NCBI GenBank assembly: GCA_963714015.1
Contig: OY970223.1
Coordinates: 1,856,001 to 1,920,000 of the forward strand
Direction: 5' to 3'
Length of the DNA: 64,000 bases
Origin: Vulcanimicrobiota bacterium
GTDB lineage: Bacteria > Vulcanimicrobiota > Vulcanimicrobiia > Vulcanimicrobiales > Vulcanimicrobiaceae
Of the stretch, positions 9,113 to 18,913 are shown piece after piece. Position 1 is the first letter of the stretch. Every line of letters begins with the position of its first letter. A model generated the notes under the pieces. That model saw nothing but the letters and a program-made list of their open reading frames with translations. It had not been told where the DNA came from and ran no database searches. A program made the position numbers and the translations under genes.

Positions 9113-11290
9113 GTGTTCCGTCCCAGCCGCGTCGCAGCATCGGTTGCATTTCACGTTTTTATCGCGCTGCCGTTGTGCTTGAGCACGGCTGGTCCGGCTA
9201 GCGCGGAAGCGGCACCTCCGAGTATTGCGGCGGCTCCAATGACATCTGCGCAGTTGAGCGCAGGCGACGGATCCGGCTGGAAGAATGCCCCGGAAATTGC
9301 GCTTGGCTATGATTTTACGTATCGCCGGCCCGAGAGCAACCCTTCAACGGCCCGCATCGCAGAAGACGGCAGTGCGCTTTATGTTGCATTCGAGGTTCGT
9401 CAGCCCGGCGGAATAACGGCGAATCAGCATACCAACGGCAGTTCCGTCTTGAATGACGATTACGTCGCCGTGCTATTGAACCCGCAGGGACAGCAAGGCT
9501 TTTCGTACGCGTTCTACGCCAATCCGATTGGAACGCGCTATCAAACTTCGAGCGAGAACAGCGCGTATGCGCCGGAATGGTCTGCAATCGGCAAGCGAAC
9601 CGCCGGCGGCTATGAAGTCACAATGCGCATTCCGCTGAACATCATTCGTTCCGGTGGTTCGAGCAGCTGGCGCGTTCAATTCGAAAGCTATTCCGTCGCG
9701 ACGAACTCCGTCGACATTTGGGCGTATTCGCCAATCGCCACGTCGCCGAACGATCCGACCTTCGAAGGGACGGTCACGGGCATCGGCATTGCGCCTGCGG
9801 GCTCGAAAGCGTCCGGGTTTTCGCGCAATCCCGCGCGCATGCAGCTCTACGCCTTGGGTGAATCCACGACGCCGGCAAACGGCGGAAGCACCTCGCGCCT
9901 CGGCGCGGATTTCTCGCTGCCGGTAACTCCAACCGCGTCATTCGTCGGCACGCTGCATCCGGATTATTCAAACGTCGAGACCGATCAACAGACGATTGCG
10001 CCCACCGCCTTCGAACGTCAGTATGCGGAAGTCCGTCCGTTCTTCACCCAGATGGCCCAGTTCTTCAACGGCCACTTCAGCTGCAGCAACTGTCCTCAAA
10101 CGCTGTACACGCCGGCAATTCCAGCCTTCGCGCAAGGATACGGCATCGAAGGCACGCAGGGACGATTCACGTTTGCGGGCTTCGATGCGCTCGGGTACCA
10201 GAGGACGGATCAAGCGCAAACGCTTAACTATTCATACGAAGATCCCAGGCAATCCGAAAATTGGGGCTTGCAGCGCGTTGCCGTAGACGCGTACGGCTTG
10301 AACGACGACACGACGACGCTTGACGGGGGATACCTGGACCAGCGCAATCATTTCGGCATTTACACCAACAACGGGTACGAATCGGGCAGTCTCGTCACCG
10401 ACACGGCCCTCGCCCAATATCACGATCTTGGGCTCATCTATCTGACGCAAACGACCATCGTGCAGGCCGGCATTCAGCGTATCGGCGCGCAGTTCTCGCC
10501 CTTGGACGGCTACGTTTCGCAGACCGATATTCTCGGCAATCAGGTCTACGCGCAGCACACGTTCACGTTCACGCCGAAATACTGGCTGCACGACCTTCAG
10601 ATTTCCGACTACTACGGCGATTATAGCAATCATCTAGGGCAAGTCGCGCAGGTCGACCAAGATCCGAATATCAATTTGGATTTTCGTAATCTTGTAAGTT
10701 TGCATCTTTTCACCAGCAGCAACGTCGATCGGACGCAAAACGGTGAGTTTTTGCCGTTCGACGGAAACGGCTTCCTATTGGGATATCGCGCCAATACCAA
10801 TACACCAAGTATAATCACCTACAACGGCGGGGAATACTATCACGGGCACATCAATGCATGGACCTACATGACGACGGTGCCAGTCACCCCGCGAGTGCAC
10901 CTCTCGCTCGAGGCGGATCGAGACGCGTATCTGAGCGTATGGCCGGGCGAATCGTCAAGCACGCAGTGGCTCGAACGCACCTCGCTGGATTGGCAGCCGA
11001 ATAGATTCACGCAGCTCGATTTGGGCCTGCGGCGCATCCTCGGGCCGAATATGCCCAACGCGTTTGAGCCGCTGACGTACGGCTCCATGTCGAATCCGAA
11101 CTCGCCCTGCTTCGCCGATCCGTACGCTGCGGGATGCTTCGTCAATGCGGGCAACGTGTCGATGGCGCTGCACTTCCTCGCGGCGCGCAACGAGTTTTAC
11201 CTCGTCTACGGAAACGCAAACAATCTCTCGACTGAGCCGGCGCTCTTTATAAAGTGGATTCGTTACTTGGGCGCCGAGAAGGGCACTTAA
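9113..11290 (+). CDS. Exported CBM9/DUF5916-like outer-membrane protein
   Basis: GGAGG RBS then GTG at 9113; signal peptide; DOMON/CBM9-like N-domain; TLHPDYSNVE and EVRPFF motifs; paralog of 14232-16295. Confidence 0.75.
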   Translation: MFRPSRVAASVAFHVFIALPLCLSTAGPASAEAAPPSIAAAPMTSAQLSAGDGSGWKNAPEIALGYDFTYRRPESNPSTARIAEDGSALYVAFEVRQPGGITANQHTNGSSVLNDDYVAVLLNPQGQQGFSYAFYANPIGTRYQTSSENSAYAPEWSAIGKRTAGGYEVTMRIPLNIIRSGGSSSWRVQFESYSVATNSVDIWAYSPIATSPNDPTFEGTVTGIGIAPAGSKASGFSRNPARMQLYALGESTTPANGGSTSRLGADFSLPVTPTASFVGTLHPDYSNVETDQQTIAPTAFERQYAEVRPFFTQMAQFFNGHFSCSNCPQTLYTPAIPAFAQGYGIEGTQGRFTFAGFDALGYQRTDQAQTLNYSYEDPRQSENWGLQRVAVDAYGLNDDTTTLDGGYLDQRNHFGIYTNNGYESGSLVTDTALAQYHDLGLIYLTQTTIVQAGIQRIGAQFSPLDGYVSQTDILGNQVYAQHTFTFTPKYWLHDLQISDYYGDYSNHLGQVAQVDQDPNINLDFRNLVSLHLFTSSNVDRTQNGEFLPFDGNGFLLGYRANTNTPSIITYNGGEYYHGHINAWTYMTTVPVTPRVHLSLEADRDAYLSVWPGESSSTQWLERTSLDWQPNRFTQLDLGLRRILGPNMPNAFEPLTYGSMSNPNSPCFADPYAAGCFVNAGNVSMALHFLAARNEFYLVYGNANNLSTEPALFIKWIRYLGAEKGT

Positions 11291-11323
11291 GCGCGCCCTT
11301 TCATTGACTGTGGGTCGAAGGCA

Positions 11324-11638
11324 TCATCGATCGTGCTCTACGGCGGCGCGTAGGCGGCTTAACGCACCGTCCCACTGCTGCGAAATTTGTGCTAAGTAGC
11401 GGCGCGCTTCTTCGATGCGCTTGCGCTCGAGTTTCCAAATGTGTTCGCGCCCGCGGCGCTCGCTGCGCACGATGCCGGCATGTTTCAGGGCGTAAAGGTG
11501 TTTGGTAACGCCTTGCCTTGAAATGTCCGCGCCTTGCACAAGCTGCGTTATCGAAAGCGGTCCGTTTTTGCAGAGCTTCGTGACGATGTGTAGCCGCGTT
11601 TCGTCGCCCAGCGCGGCCATGACGGGCGCCAGGCTCAT
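11324..11638 (-). CDS. ArsR/SmtB family HTH regulator
   Basis: ALGDETRLHIV, SRQGVTKHL..L, GRE; ATGA-coupled to the SRPBCC gene. Confidence 0.92.
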   Translation of the reverse strand: MSLAPVMAALGDETRLHIVTKLCKNGPLSITQLVQGADISRQGVTKHLYALKHAGIVRSERRGREHIWKLERKRIEEARRYLAQISQQWDGALSRLRAAVEHDR

Positions 11639-12135
11639 CTTTGGAACTGCACCAGGTATTTCTCGAGCACCTGCATCTGCATCGACCACCCTTCGCCGTT
11701 GGCTTCGAACGCGTTCGCTCGCCGTTCGATCGGGATGGCGTCGAATCCGGATTCAACGACAGTGAGCATCGTGCCCCCCTCGACGGCTTCCAGCGTGAAG
11801 GTCACGAGCGTCATCGGCTCGCGCGAATAGTCGACCGACGGATCGATGGCGAACGGATGCCATCGATAAGAGAATTTGCTCATCGGTACGATCTCTTCCA
11901 CAAAAAAGGAGAGCGCCATACCATTGAGTGACTCTTGCATTTTTGCAACGTCTTCGTCGACGAGCGTTGGTTTGATCCGCCCGCGTATTTCCGCTCCGGG
12001 CCTGAATTCTCCATGCAGTTCCATGCCGAACCAGTCGCCGAATTCCGAGGCGCCGGCGAGGGCGCGCCAGACGCGATCCTGCGGCGCGCGCAGCAGTATG
12101 CGCTTCTCGATTCGGTCGGTCGTCGCCGTCATCAT
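11635..12135 (-). CDS. SRPBCC/AHSA1-family protein
   Basis: APQDRVWRAL, TLVTFTL..VEGGT.LTVVESGF, GW motif; AGGAGG RBS. Confidence 0.92.
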   Translation of the reverse strand: MMTATTDRIEKRILLRAPQDRVWRALAGASEFGDWFGMELHGEFRPGAEIRGRIKPTLVDEDVAKMQESLNGMALSFFVEEIVPMSKFSYRWHPFAIDPSVDYSREPMTLVTFTLEAVEGGTMLTVVESGFDAIPIERRANAFEANGEGWSMQMQVLEKYLVQFQR

Positions 12136-12137
12136 AC

Positions 12138-12199
12138 GCAACCTCCTAGTTGCCTGTTAGCGTAACACTCTTCGGTTCTAAATGCAACCAGGGAGTTGC
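12138..12199. promoter_or_regulatory. Two GCAAC-N6-GTTGC inverted repeats, probable ArsR operators
   Basis: Copies at 12138-12153 (covering the RBS) and 12184-12199. Confidence 0.7.
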
Positions 12200-12241
12200 G
12201 CTATTGCGGTGCGCTGCGCGCCGTGCCCTGGTTGGGCGAGC

Positions 12242-14069
12242 CTAAGGTGAAGACGACTGGCGCAGTAATAGTTCGCTGGGACTGCTCGTGCGGCCGTTTG
12301 GAAGCACGGTTACAGCGGTTACATCGATTGGCGAGGCGGATGGAAGATTGAATTCAAGCGGACCGGTATAAATGCGGGACTTCGCAGTGGGCGTGCTGCC
12401 GTCAGTCGTGTAGTGAATAGCGGCGCCGTCGATTGCGGCGCGCATCGTGATGCTCGCCGAGGAACCGTCGCTGTACGCGTCTACGGTTCGCACGCTTTGT
12501 GAGACGTTCGCGAAGTGCAGATGTGATGCTTCTATCGCAAACTCCGGATTCGGAATCCGGAAGTTGTAACCGTCACGCTGCAGCCACCCGTACTGCGCTG
12601 CGCTTCGAATTTCAAAAAGACTCCAGTTCAAGAGCGAGTGCGGCAGCCACGCGATTTCGCTGAGCGCCAGTTCGCGCGGCAGCAGCATGTAGAAGAGGTA
12701 GCTCGGCGTATCGATATACTCCGTCCAGAGGTTGCCTTGCACGCCGATGATGTGTTTGGCCTGCGCGGGGGTTAGAACCGGCGGAGTCGGATTATAGCCG
12801 TAGACCATTTCGGGCGTTGAAAGATTGCCGATCGCTTCCGGTTCGTCGTTCGGATCGCCTTGATACGCGTCGAAGTATAGCGGACCGTCGGGCGACATGA
12901 TCGCGTCGTTGCCGCGGCGCGCCGCGCGAATTCCGCCTGTCGTGCCGCGCCAGGACATCACGGTGGCTGTTTTCGTGACGCCGCCATCCAGGATTTCGTC
13001 CCAACCCACCATGCGCCGGCCTTTGCTTTGCAAGAAGCGCTCGATGCGCCGATCGAAATAGCCCTGGACCTGATCGTAGGTTTTCAGATGTTCGCGCCGC
13101 ATGACTGCGTGCACGATCGCACTGTTGTGCCACTCGTCCTTCGGTGTTTCATCGCCCCCTATATGGATGTACTTGCCGGGGAAAAGATCGATTACTTCCG
13201 AGAGCACGTTTTCAAGAAAATTGAACGTGTAGGCGGAGGGGCAATAGATGTCGGTGCTCACGCCCCATGTCTCACGAACCTCAAAGGGTCCGGGCGTGCA
13301 GGCGAGCTTCGGATATGCCGCCACCGCGGCGGAGGAATGGCCCGGCATCTCGATCTCCGGGACCACTGTGACGTACCGCTTAGCGGCGTATGCGACGACG
13401 TCGCGGATTTGCTGCTGCGTGTAATAGCCGCAATAGCGCTTGTCGTCAATCGTCGTAGCGTCGCCGTTCATCTCCGTTCCGGCGCGGCACGATCCGACTT
13501 CGGTAAGGCGCGGATAACGGTTTATTTGAATGCGCCAGCCTTGGTCGTCGGTCAGGTGCCAGTGAAACGTATTGAGTCTTGTAGTGCGCGGCGACATCGA
13601 TGTACTTTTCGACGATCGGAACGGTGTAAAAGTGACGGCTCACGTCGAGCATGACGCCGCGCCAGCGCAACGCCGGTCTGTCGATAATGTCGACGCCTGC
13701 GATCGATGAACTGCCGGACATCAACTGCTCCAGCGTTTGCACGCCGTAGAAGAGGCCGGCGCCGCCGTTCGCGCGGATCGTTACGCCGCCGAAGCCTGCG
13801 TGCAGCGTGTAACCTTCGGTTCCCAGCTCCGGCAACGGCGTAGCGGCGACCAGCGCGATGCCGTTTGCCGGCATTTGCGCAACGATTTGCGCCTGCACGC
13901 CGCGTTGCTGTAGGAAAGCTTGCAAAAAGGCGGCGGCGTTGCGCTCGGCCGGAGTCTGCGCGCCGATCGCCACGCTTTGCGGAAGGCCGTAGCGTTGTCC
14001 GTTCAGCCGGATGGAGCGCGGAAACGGAACGATTGCGGGTATGGACGCGAGCGCAATGGCGGTCAGCAT
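12242..14069 (-). CDS. Beta-N-acetylhexosaminidase (GH20) with C-terminal chitobiase/Fn3-associated domain; one frameshift near 13578
   Basis: RGVMLDVSRHF, FHWHLTDDQGWR, EIEMPGH, HIGGDE, YTTDGS; removing one base joins the two ORFs as HYKLNTFHW. Confidence 0.93.
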
Positions 14070-14130
14070 GGCGACTTGTTGTAAGGCTCCGTTTGCCTCG
14101 CCTGCAGGGTGACAACGGTTCGGCATTCTA

Positions 14131-14190
14131 AACTAAAGAATTAATTGACAGGCAGGCTCCCATGCGCTAATATGAACTAAACAATTAGTT
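14131..14190 (+). promoter_or_regulatory. Near-consensus sigma70 promoter TTGACA-17-TAATAT flanked by two AACTAA-N4-TTA(A/G)TT operators
   Basis: -35 at 14145-14150, -10 at 14168-14173, palindromes at 14131-14146 and 14175-14190. Confidence 0.8.
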
Positions 14191-14231
14191 AATTACCGCC
14201 ACGGCCTCAATAGGCCTGAAGGCTTAAATTT

Positions 14232-16295
14232 ATGTTGTCAGTTTTGGTTCTTGCCGCGGTAACTGCCGGCGGCGCCCTCGCGGTCCCGGCGGGCGGCCCT
14301 CCACTCGCACCGTCGGACGCCGCTCCGTGGGCGTCGTCGGCAAATGCCGCGCTCACTTGGGACGTCGTGCACCGGGAAGCGGCTTCGGAAACTACCGTCG
14401 CGCACGTGGAAACCGACGGGAAATTTCTGTACGTGCGCTTCGATGCGCGGCAGCGCGAAGCCATTGCCGCCGCTCAACACAGCAACGACGTCGGACAAGG
14501 GAATGACGACGCGGTGTGGATCGACCTGTGGCCGAACGGAACGCACGGATATTTTTATCAGTTCGAGGCTACGCCGAACGGTACGCATTACGAAGCGTCA
14601 TCGGAGAACACGTCGTACTCGCCGAATTGGCAATCTTACGGATCGCCTACGACCGGCGGATACGCCGTCACGATGAAGATTCCGCTCGAGGCGATCCGGG
14701 GCGTGCATGCAGGCAAATGGACGGCGCAATTCGTTCGCTACGTGCATGCGACGGGCGCCGAATACGTCTGGACCTACGATCCGGCACAGAATTCACCTGA
14801 CGACGTTGCGCGCGCCGGCTCGATCGCGATGCCGGCGCTCGTTCAAGCAACCGCAGACCGCCCGAAACCGCGTGTCGCACTGTACGCCCTCGGCGATGCA
14901 GTGCCGCAGGCTTACGGCGGCAATACGTCGCGCGTGGGCGCGGATATTTCGATACCGGTGACGGCGACGTCGTCCTTTTACTCGACGCTGCATCCCGATT
15001 ATTCGAACGTCGAACTCGACCAGCAGTCGATCTCGCCGACGGTGTATTCGCGCTATTACAGCGAAGTGCGGCCGTTCTTTACGCAGGCGGCGAACTTCTA
15101 CAACAATTTCAATTGCGATGCTTGCCCGAACATTCAGGGCCTGTACACGCCGGCGATTCCGACACCGCGAGAGGGCTATGCATTCGAAGGTAAGCAGGGA
15201 CTTTATTCGTTTGCGGCATTTGATGCCATCGGCGATCGACGGACGGACATAGCAAGCGCGCTGGACTACAGCTCGCCCGACACGCGCTGGCAGGCATCCG
15301 CAATGCGCGTCAACGTGAACATGCCCGGTTTCATCGACACGACGACCGAGACGGGAGTCGCATACAACGACCTCAAGCACTTCTCGCTGTACGCGAACAC
15401 GGGCCACGACTCCGGTACCAACGTGTCGGACGGATCGCAAAGTCAGTGGTACGACGCGGGCGGCGGCTGGCTGGGCAAGACGTTCGGCCTGTTCGGATCG
15501 GTTCGCAAAATCGGCCAATACTACGATCCGGAAGACGGCTTCATCTCCCATCCGGGTATCGCCGGTTATGCGCTCTACTCTGCCAAAATTTTTGACTTCT
15601 CGCCGAATTCGGAGATGGAATCGGCGGGTATTGCGGGATTCGTCGATCGATACCAGGGACCAGCGCTCGGCAGCGCTCAAAGCGACAACTCGCTCACGGC
15701 CGACTTTTTGACCAAGAGCGGATTGGATCTGCAACTGGACAGTGGTTCGGATTACTGGCGGTTCGGCAATTTACTCGAGCCGATCTCGCAGAACGCGGGC
15801 TTTCAGTTCACCTATCACAGCGGCTTGCAGACGAACAATCCCGGGAACTTCCCCAATCACGGATCGTCGGCGACGCCGACGCAGATTGCGTATTTTACAG
15901 GGCGTTACGGTGACGGACGGCTGGACACGTGGACGCGCAACTCGACCGTGCGCGCAGGAACGCGCGGTTTGTTGACGCTTACCGTCGACGACACCGCTCA
16001 GTGGATGCCTTCGGCGCCGAGCAACGTGCAATGGTTCGACAGCCTCAGTTACGCCTATCAAGTGGGTTCGAATTCATCGATCGCGCTGGGCGTGCGTAAA
16101 GTCGTAGGCTTGCCGCCCCTGCCCAACGGCGGCGGAGACTGCATCGGAACGTGCACGAATCTCTCGCTCGCGTATCATCTGCGGCTGAGCAAGAGCGAAC
16201 TGTACTTTGCCTACGGCGATCCCAACACCCTCACGACTGTGCCGCAGGTCATCATGAAAATGATCTTTTACGAGGGGGCGCAGAAAGGCACTTAG
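14232..16295 (+). CDS. Exported CBM9/DUF5916-like outer-membrane protein (paralog)
   Basis: Same motifs as 9113-11290, including C-terminal GAQKGT. Confidence 0.75.
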   Translation: MLSVLVLAAVTAGGALAVPAGGPPLAPSDAAPWASSANAALTWDVVHREAASETTVAHVETDGKFLYVRFDARQREAIAAAQHSNDVGQGNDDAVWIDLWPNGTHGYFYQFEATPNGTHYEASSENTSYSPNWQSYGSPTTGGYAVTMKIPLEAIRGVHAGKWTAQFVRYVHATGAEYVWTYDPAQNSPDDVARAGSIAMPALVQATADRPKPRVALYALGDAVPQAYGGNTSRVGADISIPVTATSSFYSTLHPDYSNVELDQQSISPTVYSRYYSEVRPFFTQAANFYNNFNCDACPNIQGLYTPAIPTPREGYAFEGKQGLYSFAAFDAIGDRRTDIASALDYSSPDTRWQASAMRVNVNMPGFIDTTTETGVAYNDLKHFSLYANTGHDSGTNVSDGSQSQWYDAGGGWLGKTFGLFGSVRKIGQYYDPEDGFISHPGIAGYALYSAKIFDFSPNSEMESAGIAGFVDRYQGPALGSAQSDNSLTADFLTKSGLDLQLDSGSDYWRFGNLLEPISQNAGFQFTYHSGLQTNNPGNFPNHGSSATPTQIAYFTGRYGDGRLDTWTRNSTVRAGTRGLLTLTVDDTAQWMPSAPSNVQWFDSLSYAYQVGSNSSIALGVRKVVGLPPLPNGGGDCIGTCTNLSLAYHLRLSKSELYFAYGDPNTLTTVPQVIMKMIFYEGAQKGT

Positions 16296-16411
16296 GCGGC
16301 GACGTCCGGCAGCAGATCGCGCATGCCTGCATCACGGTGAAACAGCGGCCATCCATGCGAGGTAATATGGGGCGTCCGATAGTACTCGGAGCAAGAGAGA
16401 AGGAGCATCGC

Positions 16412-16903
16412 ATGAATCTCATCAGTCCCCTCAAACGGACCGCTCTGGCATGCGCTTTGGCGGTTACGGTCGCTATGAGCGCGTTCGCGCCGGCCAATGC
16501 GTTCTTGGACAAGACCCGGTTTGTTGCGCATTTAGGCGTGGCGTATTTCTGCTTCCATCATTGGGTATGGAAGCCGTATCAGGCGGGCGACTTTGCCGAA
16601 GGTGCGCCTCACCGCACGGCGACGATTGTCAAAGGCGGCGCGGCGCTATTGTTCGCGGTTCATGAAGTGCGGGTTGCTCAGCGCATTGCACAAAAGAGTA
16701 AGGATCCGCTGCTGCAGAAGCTCGACGGCGGCGTCAGTAATCTCATCGCCTCCTTCGGAACGATCGGCTCGAAATTGAAATCCGGTCAGTTCGATCCGAA
16801 AGACGTGCAAAACCTCAACGGGCTAACGACGACCTTCGGATCGCAGGCGGCCGCCGAGGGAGCGACGATCAAGGACGTGCCGGCGACCGTTCCCGGACAG
16901 TAA
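16412..16903 (+). CDS. Secreted hypothetical protein
   Basis: AAGGAG RBS, signal peptide ending APANA. Confidence 0.75.
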   Translation: MNLISPLKRTALACALAVTVAMSAFAPANAFLDKTRFVAHLGVAYFCFHHWVWKPYQAGDFAEGAPHRTATIVKGGAALLFAVHEVRVAQRIAQKSKDPLLQKLDGGVSNLIASFGTIGSKLKSGQFDPKDVQNLNGLTTTFGSQAAAEGATIKDVPATVPGQ

Positions 16904-16910
16904 CGCCGCA

Positions 16911-17375
16911 TTATTTCAACGTTAGAACGTACTGCGCAACGTCGTGCAGATCGCGTTTCGACATCTTCCAGCGCGGCATCACCGGATTGAGCGGCTGACC
17001 GGTGTTGTCGATTCCGGTAGAGACGGCGCGCTCGAGCAGCGCAATGGTATAGGGCGGTTTCTGATCGGTGACGAGCGCCTTGCGGCGCAGGTCCGCGCTC
17101 ACGGCGTTACCGGTAATGTGTAAACCGCCCGCGCCGTTTGCTCCATGGCATGCGGCGCACGACGGCCGCAGCGGAGGATGCGCTGCCGTCATTTGACGCC
17201 CCTCGCTATCGCGGCCGGTTTGAAAAATGAGACGTCCGTTAGCCGTCGGCGAGTAACCCGCGGTTGTCGCGGGCGCCGCGGCCGCCGAAGACTTTGACGA
17301 AGCATTGGAGTCGTTGTGGGAGCCGCATCCGGCAAAGACGCAGCATACGGCGATTGCCAAGATGGTGGTCTTCAT
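16911..17375 (-). CDS. Monoheme cytochrome c lipoprotein
   Basis: Lipobox FAGC, CAACH heme motif, distal MP. Confidence 0.9.
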   Translation of the reverse strand: MKTTILAIAVCCVFAGCGSHNDSNASSKSSAAAAPATTAGYSPTANGRLIFQTGRDSEGRQMTAAHPPLRPSCAACHGANGAGGLHITGNAVSADLRRKALVTDQKPPYTIALLERAVSTGIDNTGQPLNPVMPRWKMSKRDLHDVAQYVLTLK

Positions 17376-17437
17376 GTATCGCAGTGTACCCTAATCGCCC
17401 GGTGGCGCAAATCACCGAAAAACGGTATGCTTGAACC

Positions 17438-17635
17438 ATGCAGAAGGGCGAACGAATCGAGCTGCAATTCGACGAGGAAAGCAAACCGATTCCGGTGCGG
17501 TTCGTCGTTGAAGACGCGGACGGCTGGGTCGGCGTGACGACCGAACTGGAATACGAATCGGCGTGCCTGCGAGGCGCCGAGCCGGAGGCGCTATTGCGAG
17601 TTCCCGTCAGCCAAATCGTCGGCGGTATGCATTGA
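17438..17635 (+). CDS. Small hypothetical protein
   Basis: 65-aa ORF with coding-like composition filling an intergenic gap. Confidence 0.55.
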   Translation: MQKGERIELQFDEESKPIPVRFVVEDADGWVGVTTELEYESACLRGAEPEALLRVPVSQIVGGMH

Positions 17636-17759
17636 GCGCATCGTGGCGGCGTAAGGATTTTGGAAAAGCAAGCGGCGTGGGGTAGCCGGAAGGCTCGCGC
17701 AGTCCGATGGTTCTTATAGTCCTTACGGAGGCTCGACACTTTCCGGATGGAACGAGATA

Positions 17760-17788
17760 GGGAATGCGCTGCGGCGCGTTCCTTTTTT
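17760..17788 (+). terminator. Intrinsic terminator
   Basis: GGGAATGCGC-TGCG-GCGCGTTCC(T) hairpin followed by a T run. Confidence 0.75.
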
Positions 17789-17803
17789 CTTTGGCTGTTC
17801 GGA
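17781..17803 (+). repeat. Left 23-bp direct repeat (att-like)
   Basis: CCTTTTTTCTTTGGCTGTTCGGA, 22/23 identical to 21704-21726. Confidence 0.8.
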
Positions 17804-17948
17804 GTTTATGGTAGTTCATGCCGAGTTGGGAAACGATTTCCTGCCGTCGCAGGCTTGTTGGAAGTCAACCGCTTGCGTGCGAAGGGCCTTATCAAGCTGA
17901 CGATTGCATTCACGGCAAGACATTTCAGCGCAATGAGGCCGTCGGTCT

Positions 17949-18902
17949 CTACGGAACGAGCTGCGGATACGCGGCAACCCACCACGCTCCTGCCAGGTCC
18001 ATCGACTTTAACGGCGCGCCGCCCGATGGATAGTTGTACTGCGCAATCGCATCGGCGAGGTTCGAGGCCCACAGTGTCTTGCCATCGCTCGAAATCGATA
18101 GTGCATACATCCCTTTTCCATTGATAGCCTTCAGGTACGTCTTCGCAACTGGTCTGCCTAGTACGCGACCGTAGGGATGCGGGTAGGTAATTGTCGGGCC
18201 GGCCGTGTAACCCTGGGTCAACGTACCGATGAGCAGTTGATCCTCTATGTTGAAATGCAGCTCGCTCATGTTCAAAACGGGCCTATATGTTTGGTAGGTC
18301 TTGGCGCTGCACTCGCCGGCGACCGAAATAAGGGTATCGTCGCCGCTGTTGCCGACGATGAAGTCAAACAACGTCCCCTCGCCATCGAATACATCAGCGC
18401 CGTCAAGATCGCCCAACTTCGGGTAAAGCACTTTGCACGGTTTGACCTCCCCGTGACGAAAGAACATGATTTTGTTTATCCCGTTTGGCGATGAGGGTGA
18501 GGAGGTCACGCCAAAAACGCCCGTCTTCCAGTCGACGGCAACAACGCCGCCATTCCCTGGAAGGCCAATTGTGGTCGGAGAATGCGTATAGGGTGGCGCA
18601 TAAATCAAAAGCGTTGGTTGGTTCAACTCAGATAAGTATATCTCTCCTTGAGGGCCAAACGACACGAAGCCAAATGTTGGAGTTTTTAATTCACCGGTTT
18701 TCTTGCCCATGGAATTGAAGAGCTCAATTGACGAATATTTTTCGTTGGACACGGCCAACGCTGGAACGCTATTTGCGAAAGGCGCCTGCGCGGAACCATG
18801 CTTCGGTAGAACTTGAGGCGCTATTGCGCTAGTTTGCGAAGAACAGCCGTAGAGTAACGCCGCGATCACGAAAAATGAGCACAATATATTCGAACACATC
18901 AC
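17949..18902 (-). CDS. Hypothetical lipoprotein, probable beta-propeller
   Basis: Lipobox LYGC; repeated YAPPY/YNYPSGG blade-like motifs. Confidence 0.7.
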   Translation of the reverse strand: MMCSNILCSFFVIAALLYGCSSQTSAIAPQVLPKHGSAQAPFANSVPALAVSNEKYSSIELFNSMGKKTGELKTPTFGFVSFGPQGEIYLSELNQPTLLIYAPPYTHSPTTIGLPGNGGVVAVDWKTGVFGVTSSPSSPNGINKIMFFRHGEVKPCKVLYPKLGDLDGADVFDGEGTLFDFIVGNSGDDTLISVAGECSAKTYQTYRPVLNMSELHFNIEDQLLIGTLTQGYTAGPTITYPHPYGRVLGRPVAKTYLKAINGKGMYALSISSDGKTLWASNLADAIAQYNYPSGGAPLKSMDLAGAWWVAAYPQLVP

Positions 18903-18913
18903 AGATCCCAGTC

